From the NCBI GenBank assembly GCA_964472305.1, contig CAYYJR010000017.1, forward strand, positions 27,975 to 91,974: a stretch of DNA of 64,000 nt, given 5' to 3'. Below the pieces are notes generated by a model, which worked only from the letters and a program-made list of their open reading frames with translations, had not been told where the DNA came from and searched no databases. A program made the position numbers and the translations under genes. Position 1 is the first letter of the stretch. Each line of letters opens with the position of its first letter. This document shows, piece after piece, positions 56,152-64,000 of this stretch. This stretch comes from an uncultured bacterium. Lineage in GTDB: Bacteria; Armatimonadota; Hebobacteria; CAIYQO01.

Positions 56152-57684
56152 GTGAATCAGAATCTGTACCAGCGGTTCGCCGGACAATTCACACCGGTGA
56201 TGAAAAAAGTCGTACTCACCACGGAAACCGATGAGCGCTACACGTACCACATGCTGCACACCCGCAGTGCGCAATACGCCGGCTACTTGTTCCGGTGCGG
56301 CATCCAACCCGGTGACCGGGTGATGGTTCAGGTTGAGAAATCGGCGGAGAACCTGTTTTGCTATCTTGGCTGCCTGCGGGTTGGCGCGGTATATGTCCCG
56401 CTCAATACCGCATATCACCCCAATGAGGTGGCCTATTTCATCCGGGATGCTGCGCCGTCCCTGCTGATCTGCGATCCGGCGAGGGCCGCGGAGATGCGGG
56501 TGCTGGGAACTGAGCATGGCGACATCCCCGTCGAGACGCTGGATCGCCAGGGCCGCGGCTCGCTCTATACCCACAGCCTTAGCGAGGATGGCGACTGGGC
56601 GGACGTCCCCCGTGCCGTCGACGACACGGCTGTCATCCTCTATACGTCCGGTACGACCGGCAAGCCGAAAGGCGCTATGCTTACCCATGGGAATCTTGCG
56701 ACCAACGGCGCTACCCTCCAGCAGTGCTGGGCTTTCTCAGCCGACGATGTCTTGCTCCACATGCTGCCGCTTTTCCACGTGCACGGCCTGTTCTTCGCCT
56801 GCCATTGCGTGCTGCTCAGCGCGGCCAGCATGATCTTCCTACCGAAATTCACCGTGGATTACACCCTGCAGTATCTGCCTGCCGCCACGGTGATGATGGG
56901 CGTGCCCACCTATTATACGCGGTTGCTGGACGACAGTTGCTTTACCCGGCTGTGCGGTGACCATATCCGCCTGTTTATCTCCGGCTCGGCGCCGCTGCAG
57001 CCGCAGACTTTCACCGCGTTCGCCGACCGAACCGGCCAATGCATCCTTGAGCGATACGGGATGACGGAAACCGGAATCAATACCGCAAATCCGCTGCAGG
57101 GGATACGCAAGCCCGGTACGGTCGGCCTGCCGCTGCCCGGCGTCACCGTGCGCATCGCCGATGCCGAAGACCGACCACTCGCACAAGGCGAGATCGGCCA
57201 GATACAGATTCGCGGATCCAATGTCTTCGCGGGATACTGGAATAATCCGGCGAAAACTGCACAGGATTTCACCGCCGAGGGGTTCTTCCGTACGGGCGAT
57301 ATCGGCAGCGTCGATGAGGATGGCTATCTCACGATTAGTGGACGTGCAAAAGACTTGATTATCACCGGCGGATTGAATGTCTACCCCAAAGAAATCGAAT
57401 TGTGCCTCGACAGTCTTGACGGTGTTGTGGAGTCCGCTGTGATCGGCCTTCCGCACCATGATTTCGGTGAAGCCGTGACCGCGGTGGTCTGCACACAACC
57501 GGATTGTCACATCAACGAAGCCGAGATTATTGAGATATTGCGCGGACAGTTCGCGCACTTCAAAGTGCCGAAAAAAATTCTCTTCATCACTGCACTCCCG
57601 AAAAACACGATGGGGAAAGTGCAAAAAAATCTGCTGCGCGACCAGTTCTACGACCTGTACCAGACCAGCAATTTACTGGTCTGA
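56152..57684 (+). CDS. matB: Malonyl-CoA synthetase-like acyl-CoA ligase (AMP-binding family)
   Basis: VQVEKSAENLFCYLGCLRVGAVYVPLNTAY closely resembles the rhizobial MatB N-terminal block as I recall it. AMP motif YTSGTTGKPKGAMLTHGNL. GRAKDLIITGGLNVYPKEIE. GTG start after GGGGGAG. Confidence 0.7.
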   Translation: MNQNLYQRFAGQFTPVMKKVVLTTETDERYTYHMLHTRSAQYAGYLFRCGIQPGDRVMVQVEKSAENLFCYLGCLRVGAVYVPLNTAYHPNEVAYFIRDAAPSLLICDPARAAEMRVLGTEHGDIPVETLDRQGRGSLYTHSLSEDGDWADVPRAVDDTAVILYTSGTTGKPKGAMLTHGNLATNGATLQQCWAFSADDVLLHMLPLFHVHGLFFACHCVLLSAASMIFLPKFTVDYTLQYLPAATVMMGVPTYYTRLLDDSCFTRLCGDHIRLFISGSAPLQPQTFTAFADRTGQCILERYGMTETGINTANPLQGIRKPGTVGLPLPGVTVRIADAEDRPLAQGEIGQIQIRGSNVFAGYWNNPAKTAQDFTAEGFFRTGDIGSVDEDGYLTISGRAKDLIITGGLNVYPKEIELCLDSLDGVVESAVIGLPHHDFGEAVTAVVCTQPDCHINEAEIIEILRGQFAHFKVPKKILFITALPKNTMGKVQKNLLRDQFYDLYQTSNLLV

Positions 57685-57804
57685 ACAGGGTAGACCGGCA
57701 ACTTCCGCAGATGAAGATCAAGCTGTAAACGAAGAGCCTGCTCCGCAGGCCAGCATGACGTGTTCCGTGGTGCAGAGCTGCCCCCGCTTCTTTCCCAGGA
57801 GCTA

Positions 57805-57855
57805 TTGACAGCTATCGGCACGATGGATAAACTATTATTATCTGATGCGTATCAG
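57805..57855 (+). promoter_or_regulatory. Promoter-operator cassette (site c): TTGACA-N17-TAAACT, operator CTGATGCGTATCAG 8 nt downstream
   Basis: Operator at 57842..57855 (13/14 palindromic). About 160 nt upstream of the BNR_4 gene. Confidence 0.65.
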
Positions 57856-58013
57856 GGATCATGCCTGTTACGGATTGAAGCAGCGGCGGAGATAATGCGC
57901 CCTTAACATTGCGATGTGCTGGTAATCGTCGTTATGAACCTGATGTGACCAGTCAATGATCGCGGTAGAGTTTCAGTAACCAATGAGCGCATCGGTAACC
58001 GAATCGGAGGGAT

Positions 58014-59426
58014 GTGATGAGTTTTCCACAGAGCCGGTTTCGCGGCAGGTGTTGTGTTGCGGCCATGCTGTCGCTGGTCGCGTTGTGCGCAGGAGCGAGC
58101 TGGGGAGCGACGACGCTGACTCCCGGCGTCACCCTGGTGCCTGTTGCAGAGGGGTATAGCCGGGCGAACCTGAGCACCAACGGCTACATCTGCAGTTCGC
58201 TGGTTACCTTCGGCAACACGCAATACATCGTCTTCTACAAGGATGCAGGCGTGCACCTGATGCTGGGCAAGCGAACACTGGGCACGACCGCCTGGACATT
58301 CAACGACACCGGCCTGACGCCGTACAACAACACGGATGGGCACAACACCATCTCCATGGGCGTGGATGGCGAGGGCGTGGTGCATCTGGCCTGGGGCGTG
58401 CACAATAATCCGGGCAACTATGCGCGAGGAACAGCCCCGGGAGCGCTGACCGTCACGAAACAGCCGCTTCCGTTCGCCGATCGGGAGATCACCTATCCGC
58501 GATTTACCCATTTGCCGAATGGCGACCTGCTGTTCGATTACCGCGCAGGCGGTGGGTCGGGCAATGCGAACCACTATCTCAACTACTGGTCGCTGGCTAC
58601 GCATACCTGGACGCCGGTGAACGGCAACGGCGTGCCGTTTATTAAAGGCCAGACCCCCGGAATGAACAGTCCTAACGGCAACACCCGGAATCCATATCTC
58701 AACTACCTGGTGTTGGACTCGAAAAACAACCTGATCTGCACATTCAACTGGTGCGAGGACTACACGAGCGTGGACTGGCGACATGACGAGTTGTATGCCC
58801 GCTCGCCGGACTATGGCAAGACATGGCTGAAGATGAACGGCACACCCTATACACTGCCCATTACCGTCGATACCGCGGAGAAGGTGTGGGAGATCCCCAT
58901 CAACATGGTATTGATCAACCAGGCGGGCGGCGCGGTAGACATGAACGACCACCCCTACATCGCCACCTGGTGGGCGCCGAAGGGCACCGGCACGCCGGTT
59001 CAGCTCTTCGTGCTCTGGCATGACGGCAAGACCTGGCAGGCCAAGCAGCTCACCAACCGGATCACCAACACGACCGGCATGGGCGCCGATATCGCCAAAT
59101 GGCCCAGTCGGCCGATCATCGTGTGTGACAAAAAGAATAACCTGTTCGTGGTATCACACGACCTGGAATGGGGCGGCAAACCGCAACTGTTCTGGTGCAC
59201 GGATCCGGCGCGGCAGGCGTGGCAACAGACCGAACTGACTTCGGACAACCTGGGCAGCTTCCCGAATTGGGAGCCGACATTCGATCCGACATTGTGGCAG
59301 CGCGAGAACAAGCTGAACCTGTTTTATCAGAAATGCATTACTGGCACCGATACGTCGCCAATCTCGGTGCTGGAATTCGATCCGGCCGTGTTCCTGCAAG
59401 CTCCCCCGGCGAGAACACCGCGCTGA
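58014..59426 (+). CDS. BNR_4 (BNR repeat-containing family member) protein, secreted
   Basis: Signal peptide CCVAAMLSLVALCAGASWG. DGHNTISMGVDGEGVVHLAWGVHNN, GDLLFDYRAGGGSGNANHYLNYWS and DYGKTW fit the BNR_4 family pattern. Confidence 0.65.
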   Translation: MMSFPQSRFRGRCCVAAMLSLVALCAGASWGATTLTPGVTLVPVAEGYSRANLSTNGYICSSLVTFGNTQYIVFYKDAGVHLMLGKRTLGTTAWTFNDTGLTPYNNTDGHNTISMGVDGEGVVHLAWGVHNNPGNYARGTAPGALTVTKQPLPFADREITYPRFTHLPNGDLLFDYRAGGGSGNANHYLNYWSLATHTWTPVNGNGVPFIKGQTPGMNSPNGNTRNPYLNYLVLDSKNNLICTFNWCEDYTSVDWRHDELYARSPDYGKTWLKMNGTPYTLPITVDTAEKVWEIPINMVLINQAGGAVDMNDHPYIATWWAPKGTGTPVQLFVLWHDGKTWQAKQLTNRITNTTGMGADIAKWPSRPIIVCDKKNNLFVVSHDLEWGGKPQLFWCTDPARQAWQQTELTSDNLGSFPNWEPTFDPTLWQRENKLNLFYQKCITGTDTSPISVLEFDPAVFLQAPPARTPR

Positions 59427-59596
59427 TGGTCACCCGGGCATCGAAGCCGGTATCTCGTCAGACACACCTTCTGGCAGGCACCGCCATTCAGGCGGAGCCT
59501 GCCAGAAGTACGGAAAGGCATACGGGCGGCATTGGATAACGCGCTGCATTCGCGCATGGATGAATCACTGGCTTTGATCACACAAGGAAGGTCAAC

Positions 59597-60667
59597 ATGC
59601 GGTCCAAAGCATCCTGGATGAGCAACGGTAAATTCGGCCTCATGGTCCATTGGATTCCCCCGGGGCCTTTGCCACAATATGGCGAGCACATCACGGACCT
59701 GAATACTGCGGTTGATCGGTTTGATCTCGACCTGTTTCTGCGCCAGTTCGTGGAGACCGGAGCGGACTGGCTGATCTTCACACTCGGCCAGAACACCGGC
59801 CGCTATATCGGACCGAACCGTGTGCTCGATCGCCTGGCTGGCCCGGGTCGCTGCTCGTCTCGCGACCTGGCACTGGAGATAGCACAGGCCGTGAAGGCCA
59901 TGGGCCGACGGTTCATCGCGTATTTCACCTACGAGGTGGCTGGACAATCGGCGGAAATCAAGCGGGCTTTTCAGTGGACTGAAGAAGGAGGCACGGCGCA
60001 GGAGAAGTTTCAACCGCTGTTCTGCGAGTTCATCGCGGAGTATGCGCAACGGTTTGGGTCACTGCTCGATGGCTGGTGGATTGACGGCACCTTCCCCGGA
60101 AAGGCTTTCGGCGAAAAGGGATTGCCGTTGTTCGACAACACTCGGATTGATGCCGCCCTGCTGTGGAGTGCCTTGCGGGCTGGCAATCCGCAGGCCTGTG
60201 CCGCCTTCAACGACGGCTCTTTCTGCTGCGGGTATACCAATGTAGTCGTGCCGGGTCAGGACTATCTGGCCGGAGAGACGGAGGTGCTCATCAATGGCAA
60301 GGTGCGGTATGGCGGCCGAAGGGGAGCGCCCGCGCCATTGCTGGACATCGCCACGCACTCTCCCCAGCCGCCGGCGAGTTGCCTCTGGCACGCACTGGTG
60401 CCCATCGACTGCATGTGGGCTCACGGCAACCGGGGTGCGGACTGGCAATGCTTGCCGTTCACCATTCCGATCACCAAGCCCGGAGCAATGGAGCCGCCGC
60501 TGTATTCCGTATCCGAACTGGAGACCCTTGTGCGGGAATTCAAGACGGCTGGCGGCGGTGTCACCTTCAATGCCGGCATCTTCCAGGAAGGTGGACTGGG
60601 ACCGGGGACCGTGGAGCAACTGGCAGAACTGGCCGGGTGCGTGCGTTATGAGCGAGCTAAAAAATAA
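59597..60667 (+). CDS. Putative glycoside hydrolase, GH29-like / DUF4434-like TIM barrel
   Basis: KFGLMVHW..., FDLDLFLRQFVETGADWLIFTLGQNTG and DGWWIDG resemble the fucosidase-type N-terminal barrel. The assignment is weak. Confidence 0.45.
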   Translation: MRSKASWMSNGKFGLMVHWIPPGPLPQYGEHITDLNTAVDRFDLDLFLRQFVETGADWLIFTLGQNTGRYIGPNRVLDRLAGPGRCSSRDLALEIAQAVKAMGRRFIAYFTYEVAGQSAEIKRAFQWTEEGGTAQEKFQPLFCEFIAEYAQRFGSLLDGWWIDGTFPGKAFGEKGLPLFDNTRIDAALLWSALRAGNPQACAAFNDGSFCCGYTNVVVPGQDYLAGETEVLINGKVRYGGRRGAPAPLLDIATHSPQPPASCLWHALVPIDCMWAHGNRGADWQCLPFTIPITKPGAMEPPLYSVSELETLVREFKTAGGGVTFNAGIFQEGGLGPGTVEQLAELAGCVRYERAKK

Positions 60668-61185
60668 GCTCAACAAGGATGCCGCGCTGGCAAGACGGAG
60701 TTCCGAGAGTGGGCCGTAGGCCTACATGTCATGAACTCCAACGCGGCCAGGCGCGAAAAGGACCCGCGAGACGGCTGCAAGCACTTTGAAAACAGTTTTA
60801 AGCGCGCCCTGAGGATCCGACGGATATAATGCGGCGGCAGACCCGCTGCACGCACGGCAAAAGGATGAGATCAGAACTGGCTGAAGCCAGATGACATCTG
60901 ATAGCGTTATGCCGATGACCGCTGGGCATGCCTGTGTTTGCTGTGGCAGGCATCACCCTCCCGCGGTTGTCGTGACGAGAGGCACCACCGCGGAATCAGG
61001 AGCGCGGCATGAGCGCAGAGCCGGGTATCACCGATCCCTGCCTGGCACACGCTCCCACCCCTACCCCATCAGACCGGCGCGGGCTCTGCACGTTCTGCAC
61101 GCCGGTTTTCGCACCGGATGGTGAGAGTGCATTCAGGGAACACCATACCGAAATCCTGCAATACGGCTCGCAATACGGTGTCTCC

Positions 61186-62445
61186 TCATCGCTGTTCTTT
61201 CACTTCCGCCAGCCGGCTCGCGGTTTCGTCATCCAGCATGCGCAGCAATAGGCAGATGCTGATACCACTAAGCGGAGCCATGTGATCTGGGAAGAGCGGG
61301 ATCGGCACCACCGCGTCGGGCAGTGCCCAGCTCTGCTCGATGTGGGCCAGCCTTTTGGGCAAATTTTGCTCATGCTCGGGGGCGGGGGCGTAGCTGGTGA
61401 TCAGGTCGGCGCCTGATTGGACAAAAAATTCAGCATAGGGACGGTAGGGGGTATCCATGCCGGCGTAGGTCATCCAGACGACCAGCGCACCGGGACCGAC
61501 TTGCTGGTCGAACAGTGCTTTCATATCGCCCCGCGGCAGGAAGGCGTTCCACGGCGTCCGGTGGTCACGTCGTATCTCGTCCTTGATCAGGTGGCCACTG
61601 CCGGTCATCGCGATGGGCTTGCCGGCACCAATCCGCTGGCTGATCAACTCGGCAGCGGCAGTCACCTGCTGTTGAATGCGCGCTGACACGCATTCAACAG
61701 TCAGTTGTTCCACACGTGCCAGGTAGTTCTCGGCCAACTCGCCGGCAGGGAGGGCTTTCGCGCAGGGTAATAGCAGGCGACGGCCTTCAGGCACCTGGTA
61801 TTTCGCGTTATGCTCTTTCGCACCCGGCATGATGTTGCTATACAGGATCGCGGGGAATTGGCCATCCCGCGAGAGCGCAGCGCAGTATTCACACTGCCAC
61901 ATCCACGCCAGCGTGACGTTCGCGAGCACATTGATGCGCCCCAGCGCGGCGGCGGGGGAAGCCGCTCCGTTATCAATGACGCAGTCGGCTTCCAGCTCCG
62001 GCGGGCAACCAGCCGCGGACGCGAACACGACCACCGTCCAGCCAAGGTCACGGTATGCCTTCACGCGCCGCAGCATGACGTCCCGCTGCTGCTCCCACGA
62101 ACGCACGGAGAGCAGCACCGTGCTGCATTTGGGCGGTAAATCGCCTTGCGGAGTTGGTTCGGTGGCGGAGATCATTGCTAATCCGCCGGCGCGATTAATC
62201 ATCTCCTCGCAGAAGGAAACCTGTTCGCGCGACGGCACGCTCAACAGCGCGGCCGGCTGTGCCAACCGCGCCGCCGCGGCCTGCTTAGCCGATGCGGCCA
62301 GGGTAGCAATTTGCGTGCGCAGCACCGGTAGGCGCGACTGAAATTCCTGCAGTGCGGGCTGCACCACGCCGGCCGCCGGTTGCTGGCATGACACCAGCAC
62401 CAGGACCAGTACCGCCAGCGCCACAGTATGGCGGGAGCAACGCAT
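61186..62445 (-). CDS. Hypothetical lipoprotein
   Basis: MRCSRHTVALAVLVLVLVSCQQ (lipobox LVSC). 419 aa, directly downstream of the DUF4838-like gene. No motif recognised. Confidence 0.5.
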   Translation of the reverse strand: MRCSRHTVALAVLVLVLVSCQQPAAGVVQPALQEFQSRLPVLRTQIATLAASAKQAAAARLAQPAALLSVPSREQVSFCEEMINRAGGLAMISATEPTPQGDLPPKCSTVLLSVRSWEQQRDVMLRRVKAYRDLGWTVVVFASAAGCPPELEADCVIDNGAASPAAALGRINVLANVTLAWMWQCEYCAALSRDGQFPAILYSNIMPGAKEHNAKYQVPEGRRLLLPCAKALPAGELAENYLARVEQLTVECVSARIQQQVTAAAELISQRIGAGKPIAMTGSGHLIKDEIRRDHRTPWNAFLPRGDMKALFDQQVGPGALVVWMTYAGMDTPYRPYAEFFVQSGADLITSYAPAPEHEQNLPKRLAHIEQSWALPDAVVPIPLFPDHMAPLSGISICLLLRMLDDETASRLAEVKEQR

Positions 62446-62521
62446 ATCCTCTCCTCTTTTACCCGAAAGGTCGTAACTATCACATCGACTGTGCCTGGAT
62501 TAGAGAAGCGCCTTTCCGTCA

Positions 62522-64000
62522 CTACCGCAGTTCGAGCACCGCGATGGCTTTACTCGTCAGGGTGCCCGGGACGTTCGGACGGCGGATGGCCAGTACGTTG
62601 TCGCCGGGGCGCACGGTGGCGGTGATGTCGGCCAGGAAGGTGATATTCAAATCGCTCTTCGGCCGATCGTTCGGCCCACTCGCCAGCTGACCGTTGACAT
62701 AGATCAGCGCATCGTGATGGAGCTCGGTGCAGACGAGTACGATGCGCCCATTCGCGCCCGGCAGGATGAACCGGCTTCGATACCAGCGGAATTGTCCACT
62801 CGGCAACACGGCCAGATCCCCGCTAAGGGTAGACGCTTTCGCCTGGTAGCAAACGGCCATCGCCCAACCGGTGTCGTCGAAGCCAGTCTCCTGGAACCCC
62901 TTGTTCACGCCGGAGCCATCAACATCCAGGGTGCTCTTCCACGCCGCCGGCAATACGGCGAGTACCTTGTTCGGTGGTGCAATGGCGGTGAGACGGAGCA
63001 GATCCTTGCCGGCGGTGACGGCGTGCCGGAAGAAATCGAGCGTATAGTGATTGGTCAATCCCGCTTTCACCAGCGCGTCGTTGCGCGCAATGATTTTATC
63101 ATGCACCACCATCGCCTGGCTGATTTGCTTGCGGTTGATATCGCCAAGCAGTTGCGCGTATTGCTCAGCGTTCTGCAAGCCTTCACTGATCATGGCGACA
63201 CGCGCGCTATATTGTTCATTGCCTCTCACTGCCGCGGCGGCTTGCGCCAGCAGGCTGCGCTGATGCGCCAGGAAAGCGGGGGTGTAGATGGCGGCAAGAC
63301 TGTCAATGCCGCGTGCCCCCTTGGCCGGATCGCATTTCAGACTCACCACCGCTTTGTCCAGGCCGAGAAAATACTGTTTCACTAACGGCCCGGCGGCGGG
63401 ACCATAAAACTTCATGAAGTAATCGTCGAGAATCGCAGCGGCATTGGCGGTCGGAGTATACGCCAGCCGCGCAAACAGATAGATGTGCGGCCCATAAATC
63501 ATCCAACACGGCAGCGTTTCCATGTCCATGCCAAGGTGGCCGGTTTTATACAGATACGGCAGATCCTGCTGCCAGACGGTCAACTTGGCATACGGCAGCG
63601 TGCAATCGTCGACGTTGTAATTATTACTGCGGTAGCCGAATTTGCTGACGTGCTTCGCCCAACCAGCCAGTATCGTTTTCACCCGCTGGCGCGAGGCGCA
63701 CAGCGGGTTACCGAAGCCATGCAACGCGCACACGCTGTTCGGTTTCACGTAGGCGCAGAGGTTGGCGGGCAGCGGCGTGGTGGTCGTGGGGGGCAGTGTA
63801 TAATCATCAGTGGCGGAGAACGTCAATATGGCGTTCGGGCATGCCTGCGCAACTTCGGTCGCCACAGCGCGGTAAAATTCCGTATAGCGGTTGCTCTTCG
63901 ACACTACGCCGTTCGCTTCCAACGATTTGGGATTGTCCAGCGCGGTGCACCGTGGGCATTGGCAATGCCCACGTCCGTCCGGGGGGGGCGAAAGGCACTG
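62522..64000 (-). CDS. DUF4838-like glycan-active protein (5' end lies outside the window)
   Basis: The frame stays open to base 64000 (…GRGHCQCPRCTALDNPKSLEANGVV…), so the M at 63922 in the track is internal. The CxCxxC segment and C-terminal beta-sandwich are typical of DUF4838 proteins. Confidence 0.6.
   Translation of the reverse strand, partial: QCLSPPPDGRGHCQCPRCTALDNPKSLEANGVVSKSNRYTEFYRAVATEVAQACPNAILTFSATDDYTLPPTTTTPLPANLCAYVKPNSVCALHGFGNPLCASRQRVKTILAGWAKHVSKFGYRSNNYNVDDCTLPYAKLTVWQQDLPYLYKTGHLGMDMETLPCWMIYGPHIYLFARLAYTPTANAAAILDDYFMKFYGPAAGPLVKQYFLGLDKAVVSLKCDPAKGARGIDSLAAIYTPAFLAHQRSLLAQAAAAVRGNEQYSARVAMISEGLQNAEQYAQLLGDINRKQISQAMVVHDKIIARNDALVKAGLTNHYTLDFFRHAVTAGKDLLRLTAIAPPNKVLAVLPAAWKSTLDVDGSGVNKGFQETGFDDTGWAMAVCYQAKASTLSGDLAVLPSGQFRWYRSRFILPGANGRIVLVCTELHHDALIYVNGQLASGPNDRPKSDLNITFLADITATVRPGDNVLAIRRPNVPGTLTSKAIAVLELR

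Overview
GC-rich bacterial chromosomal window (roughly 60-65% GC by eye, not computed). No rRNA, CRISPR array, transposase or integrase was recognised. Bases 1-35000 are mostly housekeeping: a PASTA-type Ser/Thr kinase 3' end, a PGM/GT4/GH13 glucan-type cluster, three hypothetical envelope proteins, a MacAB-type efflux operon with two short TolC-like genes, thiC behind a TPP riboswitch, murF, tRNA-Val, thrS, a TrkA/RCK channel, rpsT and gyrA. Bases 35000-64000 are an accessory glycan-processing island. It holds two about 1000-aa GH42-like paralogs, two about 800-aa toroid-like proteins, beta-helix proteins, Gfo/Idh/MocA oxidoreductases, a PIG-L deacetylase, a CRTAC1/ASPIC protein, a MatB-like CoA ligase, BNR_4, GH29-like and DUF4838 proteins, and one LacI-family regulator. 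The main non-obvious signals are: (1) a 14-bp palindrome CTGAYGCGNATCAG at seven intergenic sites, mostly fused to near-consensus promoters, which defines a probable LacI regulon; (2) a thrS leader with a consensus promoter, a mini-ORF carrying three consecutive Thr codons and mutually exclusive antiterminator/terminator helices; (3) a structured intergenic element of about 100 nt present twice; (4) several decayed or frameshifted genes and one orphan promoter-operator cassette. Many long ORFs in the supplied track are antisense shadows of real genes. Lineage is uncertain: PASTA kinase plus TolC, GspG-like and H-X9-DG-like genes hints at a diderm such as Armatimonadota, but this is low confidence. 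All family calls come from motif recognition by eye, not database searches.
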